A DNA stretch of 64,000 nt from Camelus ferus (lineage: Eukaryota). A program made the translations under genes and the position numbers. Positions 12,131 to 23,140 of the stretch are shown here, piece after piece. The notes under the pieces were generated by a model. It was not told the DNA's origin. It made no database searches and saw only the letters and a program-made list of their open reading frames with translations. The stretch covers positions 11,224,001-11,288,000 of the forward strand of contig NC_045697.1 in the NCBI RefSeq assembly GCF_009834535.1, written 5' to 3'. The stretch's first letter is position 1; each line of letters opens with the position of its first letter.

Positions 12131-13782
12131 TTTTTGGTTCTTCCATTAGAGGGTCGCTGTGCTTCCAGACTGAAGACTTCTGGTCTGAACATGCACGGGT
12201 AGAGGTGAAACAGAAGGCATTTGTAAGTGATATATTTCCAAGTGAGTTCTAATGACAGAGTCTACATAATTACAAAGCAGAGTCCAGCTCTTCCAGAGAA
12301 GGATGATCATGGGAAAGTCCAGAGAAGATGAAATGACAGAAGACCACTACTTATAAAGTTTGTCTATCATTCTCTTAAAGGCAGAGTATATCTTAGGGGC
12401 TTCATTTACCAAAAGGAGGATTCTTTCTTGAGACTGACAAAAGAAAGAAAGCAGAGGTGATTCCTGGTCCTCCAGAATGGCTCACGGGACAGAATGGTGG
12501 GTTACAAAACGGCCCAGTGTGTGGGCGCAGAGGAGGGGAGGCGGGGGCATCCAACTCCGTATCCCCTGCCACCAGTCTCCTTGGGGAGGTCATGCCTGCT
12601 TTTTCCTTTCAATCCTTCCTGTTGTTTAGTATCTGAACAGTGCCTATTTAGTGTTTAGTGAATATTAATAAGTCAAAAGTGGATTCTTTTCCCAAAGCTG
12701 CAAAGTAACAACAGCAGAGAGCCACCTCCAGGTAAATAAAGATGAAATTAACTCAGCCTGAACACAGGCGGTGGGGGGAGCGGTGAGGACAATTCCTGTA
12801 TATTTTAATTAACTAAAAATACCATGAAAGCTTCTCCACTCTAAATAAGCCCCTCTATGCATTTCTGCAACGAAAACCCTTGGTCCTTTTGTCCCATCTC
12901 ACAGGTGAGCCCAAGTTGCCCTGGCAGCCAAATCAGATATTGGGATGAGAGATGCACTCGGTCAAATAGCAGCAGAAAGTCTTAATTATATTTAAACATC
13001 CACAGAAGCATTTTGCTTCCATCCCAGATTCTCTTCTGTCCCCATCTCTGTCCCTCTCCACCAAAAACGGGATCCTGGTGCCAGGGCTGCCCCCCGGCAT
13101 CTTTAACTTAAGCATTGACAGGTTATGTGGGATTTTTGCCAGAGTAATTATTTTTCAATTCAACAATAATGAGAAATTACCATGGCAACCACTTGTCACG
13201 TGGCCCACATACACCCCCTCCAAAGAATGAACCATACATAAAGCATCTATTCCTTGAAAAATGTGGTTTTTTAATGAAAATAAACTCAAACAGGTCAAAG
13301 TGGGGTATATGAAGGGACGTGGAAACAGGATGATGAGAAGGGCATTGACTTTCTTCAGCACCTTGAGGTTCTGGAAAATAATGACATCGCGTCCTACAAC
13401 CCCACCTTCCTGTACACCCGCCCACGTGGATAGCACTCTGTTCGCCTGTGTCTTTGCATTTCGGTCACTCCCATTTCACATATGTCAGCCAACCTCTCTC
13501 AGAAGACACTGAAGACGGAATAGAAGTGTCCCCACGACTGAGGCCGACGCACACTTGGCCATACTTGCTTTCCCTAAATTTCTTTGCCTGTCATATCCAC
13601 AGGTTAAGACGGAAGCAGTAAAACCCCCAAATCTCATACTTGTCCCTTCATAGAAGCCCCCTCGCACTCAAGGCGATACAGACCCCTTATTTTCCCTAAC
13701 TACAAAAGTCTTTTCGCTTCCTTCATTTCTCCAAACCTGGGAGTCTCGTATCATACCATGTCTAGTCCAAATTAGCCGCATT

Positions 13783-14230
13783 TAATAATAATAGTCAACA
13801 GTTACCTGGCACTTACTATGTGTTGGCCACCAATCTGAACTCGCTGAATAATATAAACCCCTGGAAACCTCACAATGACCCTAGGGAATAAGTTCTATGA
13901 TTGTTATTGTTTTTAAATGCCAATGTTGTTCTAGTTCTTTTTATTTCTTTTTTTAAATTTTTTTTAATGTTACTGAAGTATAATCGGTGTACAATGTTGT
14001 GTCAATTTCTGGTGTACAGCACAATGCTTCAGTTGTACGTGCACATACATATATTCCTTTTCATTGTAAGTTACTACGAGATATTGAATATAGAAGTTCC
14101 ATGATTTATGCCATTTTATAGGTGAGAAAACTGAGGCACAGAGAAGTTAAATATGTACTTAAGATTACAAAGCTAACAAGTAGCAGAGAGAATTTAAACA
14201 CAGGGACTCTGGCTCTTGAGTCTGGGGTCA
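13783..14230 (-). mobile_element. MIR, split by an L1 insertion
   Basis: Left part 'taataataatagtcaaca...cacttactatgtgttggc...cctcacaatgaccctagg'; right part 'ccattttataggtgagaaaactgaggcacagagaagttaa'. Confidence 0.85.
13903..14093 (-). mobile_element. Very short 5'-truncated L1 3' end with extra 3' sequence
   Basis: 'tacaatgttgtgtcaatttctggtgtacagcaca...gttactacgagatattgaatatag'; TSD aagttcYatgatt at 13890-13902 and 14094-14106. Confidence 0.85.
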
Positions 14231-15349
14231 TATCTGTTACTTTGTCCAGAACAACGTTCTTCGAAACACCTACGGTCTTCTTAGTTGTTTCAACATCCAA
14301 TTAATGCCAAGCGCACTGAATGGTTGGGGCTCCCTCTCCTGAACAGACAGCCCACAGCAAGGCTTTCCACCACGTCTACGGAAGGTATTCTACTTCGAGA
14401 CACAGAAATAAAAGTCATTAGGTTGGATCATCCGCTGTCACCAGCTGGTAATTGCACGAGCTTGTAAGGACACAGGGAGAGAATTTTACATGCCCCCTTT
14501 TTCTTGAATGTTATGCCATTTAAAAAAAAATCACGTCCTAGGGGTTGTAGTTTTTTTTTTTTCTTTTCTCTCATGGCGTTTATCCTCAACTAAGGTGCGT
14601 TTCATTTAACAGTAAACGTTAGTTAACTTTCTAACAGGGAAATCTCAAATGGCATGTTACTAGGAGAGTAAATTATGTGTCTTGATAGAACATCTCAGGG
14701 TTGCACTCACAGTTCAAGGCTTCCCTTTTAGAAAGTGCCTCCTACATTTCACTCCCTTGTGCTGCTGCCTTGGGACAGACACGTATTAAAAGAGGCAGAA
14801 AGCAGGACGTGGCATCTTCCAGTTACAGCTCTGCAGCCATGGATACATCAGGGCCTTTTCCCCCAAACACCTGGGCCATCTGTGTATTTCAGTCTCCATT
14901 CTTGCCTTTTGAAATCATCTCTTAATTGTGAGGATTCCAAAGAGAAATGCTACCAACGATCATCTGAAAACAACGACTAAAATGGATACAGGTTGAGGTG
15001 CCCAAAACTGAGCATTTCACCACTGGACTTAGCACAACTGTCCTAAAATGACAGTTGTCTAAAAGTTTAAATCTCTATCAGCTTTATGAAGGCGGAATCT
15101 CTGCCGGTGCCTGCCCGCTCTCTCAGCCGAAACCAAACACCTGGCAGGTTCGCAACAAGTAAGTCCTCGATTACTTGATTATTTAAATTACTGAATTGAG
15201 CAAATAAATACTTGTTTAATTAAAACAAGCATAGGGACAAACCCCTGAAGAAAAACAACCGTTTTGTTTTCATGATGGTTGGACACTTCTGCTCTCTTTC
15301 CTGTCCACCTGTCTGCTAGGCTGGGGTGTTAAATACTTCCTGAACGACT

Positions 15350-15570
15350 GGAGAGAAAGCACGTAAGAGTTTCACAGTGAATCGCTTTCTAGTCCTCACA
15401 GCATTCCTATCATGCTGGTGCCTTTATTATCCCAATTTAAATGGGGAAACTGAGGCCCCAGGAGGTCAAGATTAGACCCAAGGTCACAGACCAAATACGA
15501 GGCAACAGGGGGATTTGACTCCTGAAGATTCTGGTTTCTGAACGTCTGTTTCTACAACGTGTCACTGCCT
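15350..15570 (-). mobile_element. MIR SINE
   Basis: 'tattatcccaatttaaatggggaaactgaggcccca...cccaaggtcacaga'. Confidence 0.8.
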
Positions 15571-16419
15571 GTTCTCGTCTAGATTATTCTGATGTGAAAG
15601 AGGAGTAGTAGTTTCTTCATAATTAAATGTTCGCTTTTCTACTCCATCCTGGAGACATGCACTCTGACGTATCAAGAATAATAGAGTAGGGATCCTGCGC
15701 AGACCCACTTTGAAAATGACGTGGCAGGACATTACTCTGGCAGCACTGGGCTCGCGGGTGACAGTTCTGGGCGGCGAGCGCCATACCTCATGTTACATCA
15801 CAGCCTCTGAGTGGGAGAGGTCCTGAGAGGCGGGCTAATGTGATGAGGGTAGCAACTCGTATATCTTGAGAGGAGCTCACCATCAAATCAGGCACAAATT
15901 TTCTGTTGCAACATAAACACCTCAGACGAGACAACATTTCTGGAAAAGCTCGCAAGATGCAAAAGCTCGGGTTTGTGACCTGCCTAACTGCATCTGCATC
16001 AAATGACAGGAGTAATTCTTAGAGTCACCACTAAAACTCGGGAAGACGGTAGCAGGGCTGAATTTTCCCTTCTTTTTACTTGGGAAAAGGGAAAAGATTT
16101 TTGTTCACAAAAGATAAACATAAGAAACCCAGCATATGCTCAAAACTCAGAAGGAAAATAGTAGGTTTCTGTTGACGGTGGTTGAAGGACTCCATGCTCT
16201 TCTCATTTTACACAACTGTTCACTGGGGACTTAAGATTCTAAGATGCCAGTGGCACCGAGGCCTCTGTGACAGTTCCCAGCTTCTCTTCGGGAGCTCCTG
16301 CTGCCTCACCGACTTCCCCACCTGTGAACCGAAGAGGCCTCGCAGACAGCACACGGCCAAAGCCAGACCCACCCCTATTTTCACCACACCCTGAGCCTAT
16401 TCTCAGGACTCTTTTCTAT

Positions 16420-17030
16420 TTTTTCAAATAAATTGTAGTTAATTTACAACGTAGTGTTAGTTTCTAGTGTACAGCATAGTGATTCAGTTACACACATAGA
16501 TATACTCTTTTTCATATTCTTTTTCACTATGGGTTATTACAAGGTATTGAATATAGTTCCCTTTGCTATATAGTAGGACCTTGTTGTTTATCTGTTTTAT
16601 ATATAGCAGTTTGTATCTGCTAATTTCAAACTCCTAATTTATCCCTCCCCACCCCCTTTCCTCCCACAGGTTTGTTTTTTATGTCTGTGAGTCTCTTTCT
16701 GTTTTATAAATAAGTTCACCTGTATCACTTTTTTAATATTCCACGTAGAAGTGATACCATATGATATTTTGTCTTACTCTGTTTTATTTACTTCACTTAG
16801 TATGATAATCTCTAAATCCATCCATGTTGCTGCAAATGGCATTATTTATTCTTTTTTATGGCTGAGTAATATTCCATTGTACATATAAACCACAACTTCT
16901 TTATCCAGTCATCTGTCAGTGGACATTTAGGTTGTTTTCATGTCTTGGCTATTGTAAATGGTGCTGTTATGAATATCGGGGTGCATGTGTCTTTTTAAAT
17001 TAGTTTTCTCTGGGCAAATGGCCAGGAGAT
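16420..17030 (-). mobile_element. Lineage-type L1, 5'-truncated (3' UTR plus end of ORF2)
   Basis: 'tccatgttgctgcaaatggcattatt...ggctgagtaatattccattgt'; standard tail 'gtattgaatatagttccctttgctatatagtaggacc'; probable TSD actcttttcYat at 16408-16419 and 17037-17048. Confidence 0.92.
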
Positions 17031-17049
17031 CTCTCCACTCTTTTCCATC

Positions 17050-17870
17050 TCAATAATGTAATTCCAGGTTCTCAGTCTCTTAGCCCAAACTTTCAGGACA
17101 TATTCCTGATTTCCCTCTTTTCCTAAGCCCACACCTCCCATCTATCAGCCATGGCCCGGCATCTACTTCCCACCTATAATGGAGCCCACCAATGTTTCTC
17201 TCCCGCTGCCACCCTCTTTGTCTGGGCCTCCAGTAATTCCACCCTGGACAACACTGGCTGCTTCCTAATCCTTCTCTCTGCCCGCAACCCATTCTCCTGC
17301 ACTTGTGCTCTGCAGAAAAGCCCACCTGATCTTTTAACAGCGCCCACTGGACTGCATCACTCCCTGTTGAAACCCTCCCATGGATCCCCCTCGGTGCTCA
17401 TCGCCATGGAGCCCACTGCCCTACATGGCTGGGACTTGGTCCTTCTTCTTGGTTCACCTCAGTTCACCTCGCTCAGTGTAGCTCGCGGGCCTGGGCTCTT
17501 GCTACAAACACCTTCTTTCTGCCCAGGGCCACTCTGCTCCACCACAAGTCCTTCACACATGCTGTCCCATCCGTGAGCAGATGCCTTTCCTCTACTTGGC
17601 AGGGCTCTCTCTTCCTTGTCATTCAGACCTCAAATTCTGTGTCACTGGTCACCACTCAATCTACAGGAGCCAAGTTTTCTACCAAATCAGTCAATGTTTT
17701 TCCTTTGGGATGCACTTAGCACCTGATTTTGTCTATGTGATGTGTTTCCTGTCTTCTGACCTACCAGAAAACAGAAGCTTGCTACGAGCACAGGAGCCTG
17801 CTGCCTGCTTTGCTGTGGAAACTGGTACACAGTAGGTGCTTAATAAGTGACTGCTTAAATAAATGAGTGT
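17050..17870 (+). mobile_element. LINE-2, long 3' segment
   Basis: Pyrimidine-rich L2 body ending 'ctggtacacagtaggtgcttaataagtgactgcttaaataaatga'. Confidence 0.8.
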
Positions 17871-18049
17871 ACCAAAACTGTATCAAACAAGAGAAAAAGA
17901 AGAGAAATCTATTCAGGAGACCAGCTTAATCTCTCTCTTGAACTTCCACAGGGCAGCATTCCCCAGACCCAGGCTTGTCACAGCCTGATTGGCCACAACT
18001 ACATAATAAAGTACCAGGAACTTATCGAATCTTTATTCCCTTTAATTTT

Positions 18050-18201
18050 TAAAATAAATATATGCCATGAATTAAAAGCATTAAAAATATTCATGCCCTT
18101 TGACTCAGTAATTCTATTTCTGGGAATCCATCCAAAGGACATAATCCAAAAATATGTAAATGCTTTATATGCAAAATATCCACCACAGGAGAGTTCATAA
18201 T

Positions 18202-18237
<36 letters not shown>

Positions 18238-18400
18238 CTAGGAACAATATGCTGCCCTACAAGGGAGGAAAAATTCCAGAAACTATGATCTGTCCACTAG
18301 AAAAAAAATAGGAATCTTTAAACATGATGTTTACCCGTAGTCTACAATAACCAAAGCAAGCTTAAGTTATAGTGTAAAATGAAGAAAGTGAGGTGGCAAA
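18050..18400 (+). mobile_element. Ancient L1M fragment containing an A31 run (18205-18235)
   Basis: 'atgccctttgactcagtaattctatttctgggaatccatccaaagga' is ORF2 C-terminal-like. Confidence 0.7.
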
Positions 18401-18459
18401 CAGAGCAGCAGCCCAGATGGGGGGGCTGAGAAACAGACAGGAGCATGCACGGGACCTGA

Positions 18460-19070
18460 GTCTATGAAAGAGGTGGCCTTGCTGGGGAGTGGGGAGAAGG
18501 TGGACTACTGGACAAGTAGTGCTGGGACCACTGGCTTTTCACGTGGGAAAAATAACATTTGATTCTGCCTCACATAACCAAAGATAAATTCCAGATGGAT
18601 TAACTAGATACATGAAGAAAAGCAAAATTTTCAAACTATTAGAAGAAAATATAGAATATTTTAGATGACCTCAGAACAGGGGAAACATTTGTAAACAAAC
18701 ACTACAAGGACAAATTGTATGAGAAATAAGTGATCTGTTTGAATCCATCAAGAGGTAAATATTTCTTATGACAAAAGACATTATAAACATGTTACAATAT
18801 AAGTGACAAGCTGGGAGAGGATTAGTAACTAGAATGTATAACAAACTGTTACAAATCAAAAATCAATAAAAGTATTAAAGAGCGAAAAATGTGAAAGTAT
18901 CATTCCCAGAAAGTGGTCAATAAAGCAATGAAAAGATGTTCTATTTCAGTTGTAGTCAAGAAAAGGTAAATTAAATCTAAGCCCTTGAACATCCATGTGA
19001 AAAATCAAAAAAATTGAATGATACCACGTGCTGTGGAGAGCTGAGGAAATGGGAGCTCACGTACATCATG
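18460..19070 (+). mobile_element. Ancient L1M ORF2 fragment
   Basis: 'gtgctgggacca...aaagataaattccagatggattaa...aaactattagaagaaaatatag...atgaaaagatgttc'. Confidence 0.8.
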
Positions 19071-19221
19071 GTGACTTCTCCTCATAGTCTGAAAGCCCCG
19101 GAGCCCAGAGTGGGCGGATGCCAGCCCACCCTCCCACTCAGCGCCGACCACTGTCCTGGACGTCATCGCAGCCTGATGGACTTTCCCTCTATCCTCTCCA
19201 CCCCTTCATTTGCAATATTCT

Positions 19222-20059
19222 TCTTTTTTTAATTTTTAATTTTTTAAACACTTTTATTGTTTATTATTATAAACACAGATGGTATGGTTCTTGTACTGTA
19301 AACTAAACATATTTCAGATGTACAATTTGATGAATTTTGGTAGATGTGTACACCTATGAAACCACCACCACAATTAAGACAGCTAACATTTCCATCACCC
19401 CTCAAGAGGTGCAAGTTTTGAATTCCCACTTTATCCCTTCCCACCTCCTTTACCCCCTGGTAACCATAAGTTTGTTCTCTATGCCTGTGAGTCTCTTTCT
19501 GTTTTGTAGATAAGTTCATTTGTACCCTTTTTAGATTCCACATATAAGTGATAAAATGGTATTTTTCTTTCTCTTTCTGATTTACTTCATGTAGACTGAC
19601 AATCTCCAGGTCCGTCCATGTTGCTGCAAATGGCATTATTTTATTCTTTTTATGGCTGAGTAGTATTCCACTGTATATATACACTACAACTTCTTTATCT
19701 AGTCATCTGTCAGTGGACATTTATGTTGTTTCCATGTCTTGGCTATTGTAAATAGTGCTGCTATGAACATTGGGGGTGGTGTGTGTGTCTTTTTTGAATT
19801 ATATTTTTCTCCGGATATATGCCCAGGAGTGAGACTGCTAGATCATATGATACATCTATTTTTAGTTTTTTAAGGAATCTCCATACTTCCCTCCATAGTG
19901 GCTGCACCAATTTGCATTCCCACCAACAGTGTAGGAGGGTTCCTTCTTCTCCATACCCTCTCCAGCATTTATTGTTTGTAGACTTTTTAATGATGGGGAT
20001 TCTGACTGGTGTGAGGGGATACTTCACTGTAGTTTTGATTTGCATTTCTCTAATAATTA
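19222..20059 (-). mobile_element. 5'-truncated L1 with disrupted ORF2 C-terminus and atypical 3' end
   Basis: ORF 19761-20045 (MQIKTT...[17 protein letters not shown]...LLGIYP) and ORF 19244-19684 (IMPFAATWTDLE) are L1 ORF2p C-terminal sequence split by disruptions; 17-bp TSD ttcaYttgcaatattct at 19205-19221 and 20060-20076. Confidence 0.95.
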
Positions 20060-20399
20060 TTCACTTGCAATATTCTCCCCCCCCCCCAGTCTTCCACTGT
20101 TTCCCAAATATCGTTTGCTTATTCAAGACCTCCACCCAAGTCTTGCCTCCATCCCGAAGCCTCCCAGGACTTCCAAACTACAGAAAAGCCTCCATTATCT
20201 AGACTGAGAAACCTTTAAAAAATTTTTTCAATTACTATGAGCCTCATGCTGACGACTCCTGTAGTACTATATTTAATTTAATTTAATTTTACATTGTGTC
20301 TCGTTATTACATTTTCATGTCTCAACAACTCTAAACCCCATGGGTCAAGACACCATATTCTTTGGGCTGGTCTTTGCTTCCCATGGCTTACCTGGCACA

Positions 20400-20600
20400 C
20401 ATTTACTGTGTTTACTTATGAACCAGACACTGTGCATTTTCTATTTCAGCCTTTCGAGCATTATTGTTATTATCCTCATTTTACAAATGAAGAAAAAACC
20501 CAAACCACAGAAAGGTTGCTTAATTTTTCCAGTCACACAGCTGGTACCTGCTGGAATCAGTGTTCAAGGCCATGTCCTGGCTCCAGAACTCATCCCTTTT
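20400..20600 (-). mobile_element. MIR SINE
   Basis: 'ttattatcctcattttacaaatgaagaaaaa...cagaaaggttgcttaatttttccagtcacacagctggta'. Confidence 0.75.
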
Positions 20601-20639
20601 AATTGACATGAGAGAGAAAACATTGGTAATAAGAGGTCA

Positions 20640-20895
20640 CATATAAGACTGGTGCGTTCGTAGAAGACTTGCTTCATTATTCACAATAGGCAAGAAATGG
20701 AAATAATCCAAATGTCCATCAACTGATGAGCGGATACACAAAGTGGTACCTCCATATAATGGAATACAGTTAGCAATGGAAGGGGCGAAATACTGACAAA
20801 CGCTTTCACATGTTCCTCAAAAACATGGCGCTAAGCGAAAGAAGCTGTACACAAAATGCCACATATTGTTTGACTCCATTTATATGAAATAGCCT
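20640..20895 (+). mobile_element. Old L1M (L1MB/MC-type) fragment
   Basis: 'ttattcacaataggcaagaaatggaaataatccaaatgtccatcaactgatgagcggata...ccacatattgtttgactccatttatatgaaat'. Confidence 0.85.
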
Positions 20896-21375
20896 GATCC
20901 TGGCTTGACCACTTTACTAGCTGTGTGATCTCAGGCAAATTACATAAGCTCTCTGTGCCTCTGTTTCATCAAGTGCAAAATCTTCACCTTTCATTGTGAA
21001 GATGACACTACGTAATACATGGACCAGAGACTGGGACAGAGTGAATACCCAGTAAAAGGCATGATTATTAAGTGGTGGAGAAAGTCCGAAGGCCAGAGTT
21101 GCCATGGATATTAAATAATACATATCAGTAATGCCTCTTATAGGACAGCCCCCACACTTTACAACCCGATGGCCTGGGGCTGGATGCCCGTGAATCACTT
21201 CTTTGCTCTGTGATTCTGGGCAAGTTATTCCATCTGAGTTGCCTTTGCTGGGAAAATGGGAGCCACGAGGGTAGCTCGTAGGACTGTTGCGAGGATTAAA
21301 TGAACAGATACATTAAAGTGCTTAGCACAATGCCTGGCACACAAGAAGCCCTTGTTAATTTCTACCCATCATTAT
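20896..21375 (+). mobile_element. Two MIR copies (about 20896-21070 and 21190-21375)
   Basis: 'actttactagctgtgtgatctcaggcaaattacataagctctctgtgcctc'; 'gaggattaaatga...aaagtgcttagcacaatgcctggcaca'. Confidence 0.8.
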
Positions 21376-22317
21376 TGATCCGGGTATCAGTGTTAGGTGG
21401 CATTAAAGACAAGACAGAGATCTCTATCCTTAGAAGACATATAATCCAATTAGCCTGTTTTCCCAGTGTTGCCACTGACAGTGGGTACGAACAAGGATGC
21501 CCTCCTTGCTCCGTCTCCCTTTGGAGACTGCAAACTCCCTAAGGGCGGGATCAGGGTTCTGTTTTTCACTGTCTCCCCTGTGCCTTGCATAGTGCCTGCC
21601 CTGGAAAGAACGAGGGTACTCCATCCATCGAAGTGAGTTTTCAATGCAGCCTGAAAGAAGCCAGGCCTCTGTTTTGCACGCCAGCCTCAAATCCACAGTT
21701 GCATGTGGTTTGGGCTAATTTGCATCTCAGCATCTCAGAAAGCTCTGCATTCAGCTAGTCAGTTTGCTTCCTTGTCAGCTAGATATCACATCTTGCACGG
21801 CAAAGAGCGCTCTTGAGAATTGTGGCTTGCCTGCCAGCACCCATATTTGGTCCTGCAGGATTTTTCACTTCCTCCTTCCATCTCCATGGAAGGCAGAAAA
21901 CTGGGTTCCAATTCTGATCCTGGTCATTCTTTGCAGGGCGACCTTAAGCAATACATATCAAAGAATCCAAAGTGTTCAAAATGTTCTTAGAGGATGTGCT
22001 TGGGCCTCAGTTTCTTCGTTTGTCAAGTAGAAGGACGATTCTAAGGGTCCTTCCAAAGGCATCCTGCCAGAACACTTGCTTCTTCAGGAATTTATTGTTC
22101 CTAAAGGAACCTGCCCCCCTTCCCTATTCTTGCGTTCAGGGAAAATGTTTTTGGGGGATCCTGGTCAGGGCTAAAGTAAGGCAACATCACCATAAAAGGA
22201 TGTAAAAAGGAAGATTTCCATCACCTTCCAGAGTCCAAGAACAGGATCATAGAGAAGGTAAATGGATTTGAACCCAAGTGGCCTCTCTGACAAACTGGTA
22301 ATTTAACTAGGACTCTG

Positions 22318-22870
22318 AATTCATTCATGCACCAAATATTTATTGAGCACTTACTATGTGCTGGACAATATTCTTGGCATGAAGGATAAAGCAGTGAACA
22401 AAAAGGACACAGGTTGTCCTTGTAGAGCATATACAATAGTGGATGACAAAAATAAACAGAATAAGTGAGTGAAATATATCATTCATTAGAGAGTGACTGG
22501 TGTACAGGAGAAAAACAATAAAGCAGGAAATGGGGACATAAAGTATCGGGGCTGAGGAAGGAGAAGGGAGGTTTTAGACAGGGTGACCATGGGCCACGGC
22601 CTTGCTGGAAGGTCTCTTTAGAGCAGGTTTCTCAACCTCAGCGTCACTGACATTGGGGCTGGATCACTCTTTGTTGTGGGAGGAGGCTGTCCTGTGCAGG
22701 GTAGGATGTTTGAAAGCATCCCTGGCCTCTACTCAAAACTTGTGAGTAGCACTTCCCCCCATTGTGACAACCAAAAATGTCTCTAGACATTGCTAGATGT
22801 CCTGCAGGTTAAACACCACTGGTTTAGAGTAACAAACTGAAGAGAGAGGAGGAGCCACCCAGAGATGCAG
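22318..22870 (-). mobile_element. LINE-2 3' segment, interrupted by MER20
   Basis: 'ttcattcatgcaccaaatatttattgagcacttactatgtgctgg...agcagtgaacaaaaaggaca'. Confidence 0.85.
22624..22821 (-). mobile_element. MER20 (hAT-Charlie MITE)
   Basis: 'caggtttctcaacctcagc...ggctgtcctgtgcagggtaggatgttt...tgtgacaaccaaaaatgtctctagacattgc...accactg'; 8-bp TSD ctttagag/gtttagag at 22616-22623 and 22822-22829. Confidence 0.92.
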
Positions 22871-22990
22871 AAGGATCTTGGGCAGACACTGGCAGTAGAG
22901 GGGTGAATGAGGTTGGCCCCAATCTCCTGACTCTCCCCGTCACAGCCAACTTACATCAAATAAACATTTTCTCAAGTATATTCATTCTTT

Positions 22991-23140
22991 GGAGGGTTTT
23001 GGGGGGATGGAGGAGAGGTAATTAGGTTTTATTTATTTGTTTATGTATGTTAAAAAAAAAAAACACAGAGGTACTGGGGATTGAACCCAGGACCTTGTGC
23101 ATGCTAAGCACACGCTCTACCGCTGAGCTCTACCCTCCCC
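22991..23140 (-). mobile_element. tRNA-Ala-derived camelid SINE (Vic-1 type)
   Basis: Minus strand reads GGGGAGGGTAGAGCTCAGCGGTAGAGCGTGTGCTTAGCATGCACAAGGTCCTGGGTTCAATCCCCAGTACCTC, followed by an AT-rich region with AAACCTAATTAC. Confidence 0.88.

Noticed and set aside
13345..13435. Possible exon after the acceptor-like 'ttgactttcttcag' (HLEVLENNDIASYNPTFLYTRPRG*)
   Set aside because: It reaches a stop with no convincing donor site and no recognisable homology; spliced reads would be needed.
19244..20202. L1 ORF2-like ORFs as functional CDS
   Set aside because: They are broken fragments of a 5'-truncated L1; the plus-strand 127-aa ORF is just the antisense of L1.
23068..23140. tRNA-Ala genes here and at about 56470-56543 and 60818-60890
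   Set aside because: They share a non-tRNA 3' extension, carry scattered substitutions, and two have clear TSDs, so they are SINEs.
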